Source of the DNA: Amphiscolops sp. MND2022
Lineage: Eukaryota
Reading direction: 5' to 3'
Assembly (NCBI GenBank): GCA_964187785.1
Contig: OZ076412.1
Span: 37,510,001-37,574,000, forward strand
Length of the DNA stretch: 64,000 nt
Part shown: positions 36,563 through 48,906 of the stretch, in pieces
Layout: each line of letters begins with the position of its first letter
Position numbering within the stretch: position 1 is the stretch's first letter
Notes under the pieces: model-generated
What the model saw: the letters and a program-made list of their open reading frames with translations, nothing else
Databases searched by the model: none
What the model was told of the DNA's origin: nothing
Made by a program: the position numbers and the translations under genes

Positions 36563-39500
36563 CTACTTTTTCCCGAGGTTTCTCCCCATTTCCTTGGGGT
36601 TAGGCATTTTCTCCGGATCTATCTTCTTTGTCTCTTCTGCCATTTTCTTTTCGTCTGGCTTCTCCCTTTCGCTGCCTGCTTCTGTGGTGTTGCACTCCTC
36701 TTCTCTGCTGGAGTTTTCTTCGCTGGTTGGGGTGACGGTAGTTTCGTCGTCGTCATCACTCTCAGGCCTGACATATGTTTCGTCGCGCTTGTTTCCATTT
36801 CGGTTAGCGTGTGTAGACTTTCCGTTTGTATGGATGTCCCGGCTTGCTCCGTGGTATCCTTTGCGACGTCCCTTTTCGACAGTATTACCTCCTTTTTGCA
36901 TTTCTTCGGTGAGAAGGTTATGGTGTGTGCAGTTTCCTTCAGCACTTTCCACGCCTTTCTCTTATACTGGCCTTCCAGCTTGGACCCCTTTGTCCTTTCT
37001 CGCACTAAAAACGTGGAATCGTTTTCTTCCTCAAAGTCGGAAGGGCTGAATGTCACCTTTGGCTCTGTTTCGGAAACATTTTTGATTCGCTCTACTTTAT
37101 TACTCTTTACCGTGTTGGGTTTTCGTCCATATAGTTTTTCGAACGGTGATTTCCGCCCGCCTTTTGGCCCATTCGCAACGCCAACAATTTTTTGATAAGT
37201 CTGACTTCTCACGTTTCAAAACGATGTTTTTGTTTGTTCTTAAGCGTTCGTTAATCGTTTGGATTAATCTTTCAATTTTGCCAGGTGATCACGTACCGGG
37301 CAGGATATGTGTTTTATTTGAATTTGGCTGCAAAATGATTCAAATTTCTCACTGGTAAAAACTGTTTCCGGATCTAATCTGTTTTGGTATTCCGTACTGG
37401 GCTGAATAGTTTGGTAAAAATTCGATTACACTCTTCGTCGACAGTTGGTTTAAAAATTGAGCGTCCGGCCAAGATGACTAATCATCAATTGCCACTAGCC
37501 TGTGTTTTATTACGTGTTCCGCATTTTGGAAAGGACCTGCAAAGTCCAATGCATTTTCCTCATTTGGTTCTGCCGATTTTGGTATTTCTCCAAATTGATT
37601 TTGTCTTTTCAAAAGTTTAACATTCTTACCTGCTACTGAGCATTGTTCGCAACACATTGCTGTATTTATGACCTCTCTGTGTATTTTAGTCCACCAGATA
37701 TCCGAAATATATCTCAACATTGTGTCCCGGCCCGGGTGACCGTAATGCATCGAGCTCATGATTGAGGCGCGTAAATTAGCCGGAATACCAAGTCTCTCAT
37801 CCATGTAGAGGAATCCCTTATTATCGATGCTAAGCGAGTTGAATTTCTCTCTCCATGGTGCCAGTAATCTTGCAATTTTGGCTCCTTCCCTTGATTTTAC
37901 TAGGGCTATAACTTTTTGTATCATTTTATCGGCTTGGTAAGTCGCCGGAAGATAAGAGTCGTTCATTTTTTCAACAATTTCAGAAGTGGCAATCTGCCGG
38001 AATTCACTCATTTTGTCACGTTGACTCATTTTAGTGTTTTTATTGGCAGCAATGGTTTTCCGTTTGCGTACTCTTACTTCTTTTTCCAGCGATTTGATTG
38101 GTTGATTACCTTCATGGTTTCTCGCCATCGTTGGCTGTCGCTCGCTCTGTTTACTTTCCACTTTAAGTACCGACTCCGGCGCGCACGGCAGTTTCATCGA
38201 TTTTGTCAATTCCGCCGGTGTTGTCTCTTTCTCTCAAATAGCATTAATTTTGGTAATGGTATATACTGTAAACCAATCAATCCATAGTTTTTCTGCCTTC
38301 ACTGTATTTCCTTTAATTTCACTTGGGTGTCTCGATAAGTAATCAGCAAAGCCTAGTACTCTACCTGGTGCATGGCTGATTTCGAACTCAAAAGATAATA
38401 ATCTGTCAACCAATCTCGTTAATCCGCTCGAGAATGTATTATTCACTCTATTCGGTTTCAAAACTGAGGCTAATGCTTTATGATCGGAAATTATTCGGAA
38501 TTTTACTCCGTACACATAAATTTTAAAATGCTCGATTGCCCATACGACAGCTAATAACTCTAGCTTGTTGATTGAGTATTTAGCTTCAAAATCCGTTGAA
38601 AATCTTGTCGCAAATGACACTCGTTTTCTTTTTTCGGTTTTTTTGCTGTTGTTGGAGCACTGCCCCCAGTACTTTTTTACTAGCGTCACATATGATTCTC
38701 ATTTTTCTACTCCGTTTAAAATGTGCCAATACCGTAATTCTTTCAACCTCTTGGTTAACTTTTAAAAAGGTTTTTTCATGTTCTTGGGTCCATTTCCACT
38801 CTGCATCTTTCTTTAAAATTGATCTAATTGGTGCACAACTAGTAGCTAACTCTGGGACAAAATTATTTAGTTGGTTGACTGCTCCCAAGAATGATCTCAA
38901 TTCTTTAAAGTTACCCGGTCTTAGCCTTTCAGTAATTCCTTGTACTTTACCATTTACGGAGGTAATGCCTTCTCCCGACAATTCGTACCCTAACCATTCT
39001 ATTTTTGTACACGCGATTTGGCATTTATCTGCTCTCAATTGCAAATCGGCTTTATCTAATACTTCTAAAACTTCCCGGACTTTTTGCATATGTACACTTT
39101 TTTCACCCTTTGTAACAATTAAAACATCATCTATATACACAAATGTACAGTCCATATTTACAAATGTCAAGTCCATTACTTTCAGAAATTTGGTTGGCAT
39201 TATTGTTAAGCCATATTGTCCTGTCACGAATCTAAATGTACTTGTTGATTTTCCACCGATTATTTGAAAGTTACAGTGTTTTGCCGTACTCTCGTCTGAT
39301 GGAACTTGTTCATAAGCGTACTTCAAGTCAACGGATGAATATAAAACTTCACTTATTCCATCGATTTTTTCAGCAATCATGTCCATTAAATTTTCATGGT
39401 TTGGCATTTGATAATTGTCCTTTGCAATTGAGTTATTCAACGCGCGTGCATCTAAAGCTAGTTTTACCGACCGGTCCTTTTTTACAGTTATTACGACAGG

Positions 39501-40240
39501 TTGTACGAAAACGTCAACTTCAATGTTGTTTACTTTTTGAATGTGTCCCTATTCTAGTAGAATTTGAACTTCGGTATCTACTTGCTCTTGCAACTGTATC
39601 GGAATTCTGCGCCCCTTTTGCTGGGTTACGCGCATGCCGTTCTTCATTTCTATTTTAATTTTATAATTGTTTACTCTACCGCGTCTCTTGAATAGATTTG
39701 GAAACTCTTCAACTAATTGCTTCGCGTCAAAACTTAGCTTATTCTCAGATTCTGCGCTTTCGCAGGAAATGCTATTTACTGAATTCTCAACTTCTGTGAT
39801 TAGTTGATCTATGCTATAATTTGGTGCTGTAAGCCAATCGCGTCCGACAATCGACTTCGATCCCTTCTTTGCAACCAGCACTCTCGGCTTGGAAATTCTT
39901 GTTTTCCCACCTGCACACTCACGAACATGTATCCCAGTATTGGCAGAGGGCGTCTATTGAAAACCACATATCTTTCATTGTCGATCATTTCTCTGACCAC
40001 GACCCAGTGTTTTCCGATGATTTTCTTCAATTCATCTATTGCAAATATTGAGACTGGCGATCCCGTGTCGATAATTGCCTCGAATTCCTTACCGCACGTC
40101 AGGCCTTCCTTCATGAAGGGTTTCACACCGGTCCCTTCTACCTGCAATACCATTTGATCGTCCTCCAGTTCATCTGAGTCTTTAGATACGTAGTTGATTC
40201 TTGGTTGCTCTCTCCGCTTATTTTCCATTCTTTGTTTCAT
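36563..40240 (-). pseudogene. pol: pol remnant of Gypsy B
   Basis: Protease AIIDTGSP (~40060-40083); RT SSVDLKYAYEQ and YIDDVLIV (ORF 38586-39440); RNase H CDASKK and ELLAVVWAIEHF...SDHKAL; integrase HYGH...CEQC, ALDFAGPF and a frameshifted core; long acidic/Thr-rich tail. Confidence 0.92.
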
Positions 40241-40259
40241 TTGTTTTCTTCTCTCTGGA

Positions 40260-41116
40260 TATTTTTGGTTACATCATTTTTCCATATGGCCCCTGATGTT
40301 ACAGTACCCGCATTTATGGTTCGTGGCTGGGCATCCCTAAATGTGGTCTACGGTGAAATTTCCTGCACCACAACGGAAGCATTCTCTTTTATTTGCTCTA
40401 TCCACTGCAAATACCGGCTCACTCTTTACTTCCACTTTCGAGTTTTCTGCCACACCCATTGACTTCTGTCTCTTGATGCCTTCTTCGTAGGAAATGGCAT
40501 ATTGGAGGGCGTCTTGTGGATTTTTGTAGGGCTATACACAGAGTTTCTCCTGAATTTTTTTATTGTTCATATTCAGGATAAACACGTCATGAACTAAGGT
40601 TTGGGTGATTTTCCCCAATTCGCATCTAGACGCAAGGCCATTTAGCGAATGCCAGAATTGCTGCAAGGATTCGTCAGGTTGCTATTTTCTTGATAGAAAT
40701 TTGGGCCTGTACAACGTTCTGTTGCGGGCGACATGGAAGCAGTTTGCACATCTGTTTATCATCTCTTGTGCCCGTAGGGTCCAAACCGAAACTTCTGGGT
40801 ATTTATCTTTGTACATCTTTCTCGCGGGTTCTCCCACCGAGAGGAATAACCAGGTTACCAGTTTCTTCTCTGCCGCTTCTTCTGGCATGCCCCCGATGAG
40901 AGCCTTTACCCTTGGGTGTTCAGCATCCACGGTTCTTGTCAGTTCCTCGACGGTTATCGAATATTTGGCCACGACATCCACAGTGAAAAGGTCAAACCAT
41001 CTCTCCCATTCCATTGCTGGGGATTTTGTGGGATCTGACTAGAATAGAGGTAACCCAGGCAATAATGACGGATAATTGTCTCTCTGGGGAGACGCTGTAT
41101 TTGCTCGCAGCGTCAT
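40260..41116 (-). pseudogene. gag: gag remnant of Gypsy B
   Basis: MTLRANTASPQRDNYPSLLPGLPLF*SDPTKSPAMEWERWFDLF... and a C-terminal knuckle CGYCNIRGHMEK near 40270-40310. Confidence 0.85.
41102..41115 (-). promoter_or_regulatory. Primer-binding site (TGaCGCTGCGAGCA), tRNA-Ser-type
   Basis: Abuts the 5' LTR end; one change from TGGCGCTGCGAGCA, the complement of a ...UGCUCGCAGCG-CCA 3' end typical of some tRNA-Ser isoacceptors (isoacceptor assignment from recall). Confidence 0.7.
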
Positions 41117-41308
41117 GTTCTAGTGTTTCGTAAGAATGAAAAGCAGAAATGGATTTGAAGAATGTATTGACGACTAGATAGTGAATGTAAAGGCAACAGC
41201 AAATGAATATCTGAACTTTATTGATGTCTAGCAGTTTTGGCAGGTGTTAGTAAATAAATGTGTTCTCATTTCAATGTTTTGTCTACGTAAGGTCATCAAT
41301 CTACTACA
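41116..41308 (-). repeat. 5' LTR of Gypsy B
   Basis: Partner of 36051-36243; followed on the plus strand by TSD GTCTG. Confidence 0.95.
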
Positions 41309-41919
41309 GTCTGATAGGGTTTTTCCTTGCCACAAATGCAAAAAAGTCCAAACGTTTTTTTCCTGTTTCATCTTTGGTCTTAAAAACGCCGCCTTTTACT
41401 ATCCAAAAATATCAAGAAACAAAGGGCGACCCATTTGGGAAATTGAAGTATTTCCAAGAAAAATCGCGGTTTCGAAAAATCACTCATAAATTTTTTCAAT
41501 GCAAAAACGAATGGGTAAACCCTTTCAATCTATTTGAAATTTTACAAAAAATTAGAATTTTTGTAGAATTTTATAGTCATCTCGATCGGACTGAAAACAA
41601 CACGAGGAAAAGTCACTATATTAGTCGCTATTATTTCTAAAAGCGCCGACTAAAAAGAACGAAAATCCGCTGATTGACCGACTCAAATGAAGTTCAACAG
41701 GGCAATGTTTCCGGATGGTAAATTTGTAGCTTTGTTGTTTTCCAGAAAATTGTCATTGGGATTACTTTTTGTATTTCGTGGAGAGTGAATTTCATGGAAT
41801 ACTCGACTATTTAGCATTAATAATGGTTTTAATGACAATAGCACCATAATTGTGATATAAAACAAAACGAACCCTGGTTGGAAAAAAAATTCAATTCTTA
41901 AAAGGATCTTGCGGTAATG

Positions 41920-42820
41920 CATTTTCTGCAACACATCTTGCAAGTATTTTGCAAGGAAAATATCCTTGCAAGATTCTTTCAAGGAAGAAAAATTCATGAC
42001 AGGTTCTTGACATAAAAATATTTATTGTGTATATTCATTGTTAATTAGAGCTTCAAGTTGACTACTGCATCGTGACTATCAGATTGATGCCACAAACTGT
42101 GTTTATTTACTCGAGGATTCCACTAACAAAAAAAATCAAATCTCGAAAATATCTCTAAAAATGTGATCTTAGTGAAGTTATGAAAACAGTAATGACATTT
42201 CAGTCACGGAGCCTTTAAAATACAGTTTAAAAGTATTTTGAAAATTGTTTTGAGACCACTAGTGTTATGTACCGGTTAATGAGTTAAAATTAGGTCGTGT
42301 ATATTTATTGATTGAAATTATACTTCGATTGGTTAAACTTCCCTATTGAAACAATAAGTATGAATGTTTTTGACAATACCCTCAAATCACGACTACGTTA
42401 TCATAATTTCTCAGTATGTAGTACATTGAATTGAAAAATCATGCAAGGAAAACATTTCCGGATCCTTTCTGTTAATTCCCCCCACCACTTCTGTTTAATT
42501 CCCCACCACTATCAGCGATGAGTTTCAGTTGCAGTTAGGTTTACAAAATACTGCAATATGATTGGTTGTTACTATCAATTCAATGATAATTCCACTTGAC
42601 TGCCTGACTGGGGTGATTAATTTGGTGGGGGGAATTAACAGAAAAGATCCACATTTCCTTGCAAGATCTTTCAAAGAAAACATTTCCTTGCAAGATCTTT
42701 CAAGGAAAAAAATTCCTTGCAAAATCTTTCAAGGAAAACAATTCTTTGCGAGAGCCTTGCAAGGTGTGCATTCATTCTTTCAATTCTCAGTGAAATTCCT
42801 CTTCGGCCTAACCCTCCCCG
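41920..42820. repeat. CTTGCAAGATTCTTTCAAGG subterminal-repeat blocks with a ~42-bp internal inverted repeat
   Basis: Repeat blocks at ~41920-42003 and ~42655-42765 (similar block at 56630-56880); IR 42446-42487 vs 42624-42663. Confidence 0.55.
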
Positions 42821-44925
42821 GGCGCCATAGTTTTGGAATACTCAGTCGAAATATTTCTAACTTTTATTAGAAAGACTACAAACTCATAAACTATTTTGTA
42901 TTTCCCACTGCGATGTTTGAACATTTAGGTGAAATGAATGTTTGACCTGTAATAAAACAAACGTTTGACGGCGATAGATTTTAAATCTTTTCACAGTATG
43001 TATACTGCAACACATGTATTGTCATAATAGCTCTAAAATTGCTCTAAAAATGTTCGAATGAGGCTGGAAGAGAAATAAATCAACAAGAGAGTGGGACAGT
43101 TTAATTGACAAATTCAAAGGTTTTCAAGGTGTGAAAAAATTACACTGCACGATAAAAATGCAAAATTGTATATTTAACTCCGGAATCATTGCAGCAAACT
43201 TAAGGAATAGAATTGTCGCTACATGAGCAGCAATTTATATTGATCAACATGGCTGCTGAAACTTTTCTGGTCAAAATGAAAACAATCTGAAAATTGGAGG
43301 AAAAATGTCCTAGGGGAAACTTTTCGCTCTGTTTTCAAATGATTCGGTAGAAAGATTTTTTTTTTGGTTTATTGAAGATATATTTATTGAAGATTATAAG
43401 GTCAAAATTATTGTGAAAAAACTGCATAAATAGATGGAAATTTATAAAAAAAAAGGTGAGCTCATGAGTCACAGCAAACAAGTATAGAGAAAGTTTTGTG
43501 ATGGAATGGGGAAAATGACATGAAAATACAGCTTGCTGAATAACAATGAAAAGTGAAACAGATCTCCACGAAAACCACCATGGCTCATACTTCCTGTAAA
43601 TTATCCGGACGATGTGTCTTATTCTCAAAAATCAACAAGTTTGTCTATCGTTTTAGAATATAGCAGTCTCCGAAGTCCGTATCTCAAAAGAGCTTTGTTG
43701 TTTTGTATTTCAGATTAATGAAGTGCGAGGGAAAGAAATACGAGAAATTAGAGTTAAATTCACTTGAAATTTGAAATTTTTCAAGTTACTGTTTATATAA
43801 GTTACTGTTCTATAGATAATAGGAATAAGAAGTGTTGACAGTACTCTTGGAACAGTGCTGAAAATGAATATTTTGAGATTTAAAATACAAAAAGTAGATG
43901 ATCTAATTTAATGTGCATGCGAAACAAATGTTGAAAGTTGAAGTTGATCGAGCAACCTGAAATTGCCAGAAAAACACCATCATGTGTAGTGATGTGGAAA
44001 GAAATAGGATATTTAAAAAAATTCGCGTAAACTTTCACTGTAAATTGCTGAAAAACAAATAAAAACTTGATGTTTTACTTGCTTGAAATGATATTTTTGT
44101 TGATTTTGAAATTCTTTCTCAAAATTCTTTTTCAAAAATTCATGTCTAGAACCATTATTTTTTAATAGAAAGTACTGCTTTCTAATGTTAGTTTTCTTGA
44201 AAAATGGCTTTTCAGAGAATCCCTTCATTCCGCGTGTATTAGGATTGGGTACAAAAGTGATTCTTTGTGAAATTCAAAAGTGAAGAAAAATGTCGAGGTT
44301 GATATATGGATGATGTTAGAGTGTTCACCCTCATGGTAAGTTGTAATCAGAAGAAAGCTTGAATACGAAAGTTCAAGTTCACGAGAGCAAGTAAGACTCC
44401 CCGTAGTGTGGACCTGGTAGCTCAGCGGTTTACAGCTGAGTACCAAATCAATTAGATTGCAATCACAACGGATTGTGGGGTCACAACTCACAATTCCCAA
44501 TATTCTCTCACTAGTAGAAAATTGACATTGAATCAACTAAGATTTGTTGCTTAAATTGTAGTCCAATAGATGATAAGAATCCTTCAAATATTTTTTAAAA
44601 AATTATCATCAAGTCTAAGTCCCCAAAATTTCGAACGTTGTTATCTCAAAACAAACTCCGATATTGATGCATATAAAACAAAATATCAAAAATAGTGTTA
44701 TGTTGTTTATAAAAATTTCAAACAAACAGCATTCTAAACTTAATGAATTTTCACGAAACTTTTGTCTGCTGGTTGTTAACAAATTTCGGTGCTTTTTGAA
44801 TTTTCAAGCTTTCATTTCAAATGATCATGTCCCAATACTTTATCATAGAACTGTACATTTGACTGTTTTCCATTTGACTAAGAGTATCTGCATACTGCTG
44901 TAGTTAATTATTTGGTAGGTTTAAC

Positions 44926-45054
44926 CTGTTGTCATCAGCAGCGACTTCTTCCAAAACTGAAAGTGCGAAACTGATTTGAGATTTGAAGTTCGTTGAGTCT
45001 ACCTTGGATGCCTTCTGCTCTTTTTCTGCAACCTCTGCGAGCACCGATTTCAGC
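44926..45054 (-). CDS. Candidate internal exon (129 nt, phase 2/2) of an unidentified host gene
   Basis: Acceptor TTTTTTTCAG|, donor AG|GTTAAA, open frame LKSVLAEVAEKEQKASKVDSTNFKSQISFALSVLEEVAADDN; joins in frame to the 48825-48906 exon. Confidence 0.55.
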
Positions 45055-47742
45055 CTGAAAAAAAACAAGACTAACTTAGGCGAGCTAGTCAATTTGGCAT
45101 CAATGCTTCAACTTCTCAATTTGGTCTCAAAAGTTCGAGGTTGAGTAAATTGAATTTATTTTGGTTTTATATAGCAGCACAAGAAAGGTTGGTAAAGCAT
45201 CTTTTCAGCTTTTTCAAGTTCCTCGCCCTTGCAACCAACATAGAATAGCAATTGATATTTTTGAAGTTGTAACCACCAAATGATGGATGAGAGGAAAACA
45301 AGATTAGCAAAAATTTTCGATTTGAAGGTAAAAGTTTTTGAATGGGCGGTTAACACTTGATTTGCTTTTCAGCAGAAAAGCCAGTTCCAGTTTAGGTTCA
45401 TTTCACTCGGAACTTCTTGAGGTTTTCCTAACTTTCTCAACGAGTGTATTTTTTTCTGCATAAAATGGATTCTACCACGTTAGGAAAATGTATAAACTTT
45501 TGAGGTATAATCTACCGCAAACCATCGGCTAACGGTGATGAAACACTGGTGACTACCACTTCCAGTTTTTATGTAGATGCTAATCAACTGCTTTTATTGA
45601 CCAGTGGAATTCGCTTTGTAAAACCCAAAGTTTTTGGCGAGCAGTGCAAAGTCTGGCGTCATTAGTAATTTTCACCTTTGAATTGTCAACTTTTTTCACC
45701 CAGTCGATAATAGATTCTCATTCACGTGGGTTTCTAGACTCTTGGCTAATCAGTTGTTGAGAAAATTCTTTTTTTTTCTGATACTTATTTTCTCAATCAA
45801 AGAAAAACTATTTTTTCATCTATATTCTTTTGTCTTAGCTATGTTCAATTTCTCATTTTGTCAGAAAAAAATTCTTTCGTAAAAGTAAAATCCCGCAGTA
45901 TCAAATTTTGTCATAACGCTTATCGAAAAATTCATCATGTTCACTGAGAGTTTTCTTCCTTTCTTGCCTGATTTTCAAAGTTATAATTTAAGGTCCTAGT
46001 GTATATCATTTTTAATACTTCAATTTGTATACAATGATCGGAAATGCTGCTTCGAGATTTTTGATTTTGTCTGTCTTTAGAAACGAGGCATTTGTGAAAT
46101 CGTCGAATTGCTTATTAAGGTTCTTTTTACAGCAATGACCGGTGAAATTGATTAGCTTCTCTAGCTGAACAACTTAAACAATTATTCTGTGAAAGTCTAT
46201 GAAGCACGTTTATGTGTTTATATTGAGTTTTGAGATTACTTTCCGGCAAGATCTAATCTGAAGCTGCCTTAGAACGGGTTAATCGACATTTTTTGTTTGA
46301 GAAAAGTTTTACAGTGGCAATTTTTCCTCCAGTTGTCCATATTCTATAAGTATTTCAGTGACCTTTACTAAATATCGTCAGATGTAAAGCGCGATGGGGT
46401 AATGCAGGACCCTTCTGCCAGGAGGACATTAGTCCGAACTCTGCAGTGTTTTTCAATTCGAACTTTATGAATAGCGCTTTCGGATATAACGTAAAAAATG
46501 TGATATAATCCGGTTATAACGTCAGGCAACAAAAGCGTTGAGCATCTAGCTGATGCAGAGGTGTCTATCTTTTCAATTTGAATCATGGCAATTGTATTTA
46601 CTCTTTTCGGGTTCAACGAATATATGAACCTCCATTACGATACATATCCCGCAAAAATGGAAAATGATCACTTGGATGAAAAAGTATTTTCGGTAAAATA
46701 GTCAATTAGTGTAATTTTGTCAAAGACCGTAGTAATCCATTAGTGTAGTGGTGCAGCAAGGAGTAATATGAACGCGGTGTCTTCTAGTCAAAAAGCGTAA
46801 TTAGTAAATGGTGTAAAACAGTCAAAATTATTCAACTGGAATTTCACTAATTGCGTAATGTGTAAATTAGTCCAAGTTTGATTAAATTTCACTTTTATTG
46901 ATTATTCATTTTTAAAACTACCGAAAAGTGTGAATTAGCCAAACAGTGACTGGTTTACGCCAATTTAATAATTACTTCAAACACATGAATTTATATTGAT
47001 GGTTGCTTGACGTTTAATTACTTACGATTAAGTCAATCGGACATGATGTCGAAAGTTTAGATTTAACGCTTTTGATTGAGCGCAATTATTTTTCTTCGAG
47101 CATATTTACACGACTGTTTTTTTATCCGACTCGGGTTGTTATCGATCTATTCTTATTTACGGCATGCTCTGAACTTAAAAGCACACCTTCATTTTTTTGC
47201 TCGCTATAATCTTATACACTCCCGAGTAAAAGGCCTAACTTTTTTCACAGCCAGTTAAGCTGCGCTTTTATGAAAGCCTGAGTTGCGTCAACTACCAAAG
47301 TTTACAGGTCATGACGTTTTATCTATGATGCATCCACATTTCATACGTGCCGAGAATCATTCCATGTTAATGGAACGTTATCCATGACTTATGGATGATT
47401 TTGTAAGAAAAACCAAGATTCATGGATAATCATGGATGAAAAGCCCAGATGCCATGGTTGATCATGAATAACAACCCATGAATTTAACCATAAAACTTTC
47501 GTTTAATTTGATCGTAGCGAAGCCCTTAACCACCACTGGAATATAAACTTGATCAAAAAATGTCTAAGAGAAAAAGACGGTATCTTAAACCGTACCAAGC
47601 TTTCTTTCATATAGTCATATATTTGCAACGTCATGAGTCTGATTCAACAAGTTGATTTCGAAATTTTTCTGAAAGTTTTCTAAATTTTTAATTTTGTTGT
47701 TTTCAATAATTTTGCAGTAAGTTTTATTGTAAACAGAAGTTT

Positions 47743-48291
47743 CCCTGGTTGGAACTGCTTGAACTTTGTACATGTTTTTGTAGGTTACCAAGCTAATTTT
47801 CCATGGTTTTATAAAACTCTCAAAGAAAAGTCCATGCATTAAATCTTCACTGATTCGATTTAATTTTATCAAGCTGCCTATAAAATGCATCTTAAATTTG
47901 GCGGCAATTCTGCGCCGCGACGTTTTGCAGGTTTCATAAAGACGCCGTTCTAATTTTGAAAGCAGCTGAGACCTTAATCAGTTTTACCGCGTTTTCAATG
48001 CAAACAAATTTCAGTCACATTATAAGTTTCAAAGTAGCGTCATATTCAGCGTGCTAATTGGCTAACGGTGATTACATAAGGTACTTACATGAGAAACTTA
48101 CGCGTGAAAACAAAGTGATCGCTGCGGCGATGAAGTGGAATTGTTTTCAGTTTTAATTCAAATAGGGAAGGTTGCATTGTAATCCTACAAAATGTTTCCA
48201 TCAACGGTCCCGGAATTTTCCATGTTTTATAAAAAATCAGCCTGCATGTTTCCATGCCACATGTAAAAAGTTCAAGCAATCTCGACTAGGG
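47743..48291. mobile_element. Complete CCC...GGG MITE with 2-bp TSD (CMC/EnSpm-like)
   Basis: About 32-bp imperfect TIRs CCCTGGTTGGAACTGCTTGAACTTT / revcomp CCCTAGTCGAGATTGCTTGAACTTT; TT on both flanks. Confidence 0.8.
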
Positions 48292-48824
48292 TTCCCATTC
48301 GACCGCTCTTGATTGGTTTCAGCTGAAATGCATGAATTATGACGGACTTGCTAAAAGCTATCATAGTTAACAATAATTTGTTTTCTGTCGGAGATTCTCA
48401 TGAATAAATCATGGGATCGCATCATAGCCATGATTCGAATATAATGAAAATCACAATGGATGACTAGCTATGATTCGAATGTATTGCCATTAAAATACCA
48501 TGATCATGGATGAAAACACGAGAATGAGCCATGATGGTCACCCTGGTAACTCAAGAAAAGTCATTCAAACCTTTTATTTTGGTTGATCATCGCCTTGTTC
48601 GAGGAGAGACGTGTATAATACTTGAGTATCGAATCTGGAACTGTCGATAAGAATTGAAATTTTTGAGCGTGTATGTAAGACACCCTGCAAGATCTATTAT
48701 CCCCTCCCCAGAATTGCCGAATTTGAAAAATCTCAAAAATATAAGAGGATACTTGACACATGGCACGGAACACAAGGCATGATGAGCGAAATGGGAAAAA
48801 GGAAACTATTCTCAGGATACTAAC

Positions 48825-48906
48825 TGAGCGGCTGCTTGCTTGGCCACTTCTGCACTGCTCATCTTTTTCAGACCCACGTCAGCTTTTTTGACCAGAAACT
48901 TGGATC
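48825..48906 (-). CDS. Candidate internal exon (82 nt, phase 1/2) of the same host gene
   Basis: Acceptor TTCTTTCAG|, donor CA|GTTAGT, open frame SKFLVKKADVGLKKMSSAEVAKQAAA. Two mutually exclusive upstream candidates end in phase 1 (51554-51615 or 51628-51702). Confidence 0.55.

Larger units (their letters stand above)
36051..41308 (-). mobile_element. Full-length Ty3/Gypsy LTR retrotransposon B (decayed ORF)
   Basis: Two 193-bp LTRs (TGTT...ACA), 5-bp TSD GTCTG at 36046-36050 and 41309-41313, PBS, and the gag-PR-RT-RH-IN domain order. Confidence 0.97.

Noticed and set aside
36594-40157. Long plus-strand ORFs (e.g. 38596-39267, 36594-37049)
   Set aside because: They are antisense shadows of the Gypsy B pol frame.
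36563-41116. APOBEC-like G-to-A hypermutation of Gypsy B (TGG to TGA in the PBS, TGG to TAG in gag)
   Set aside because: Other stops and the LTR mismatches are of mixed types; two events are insufficient.
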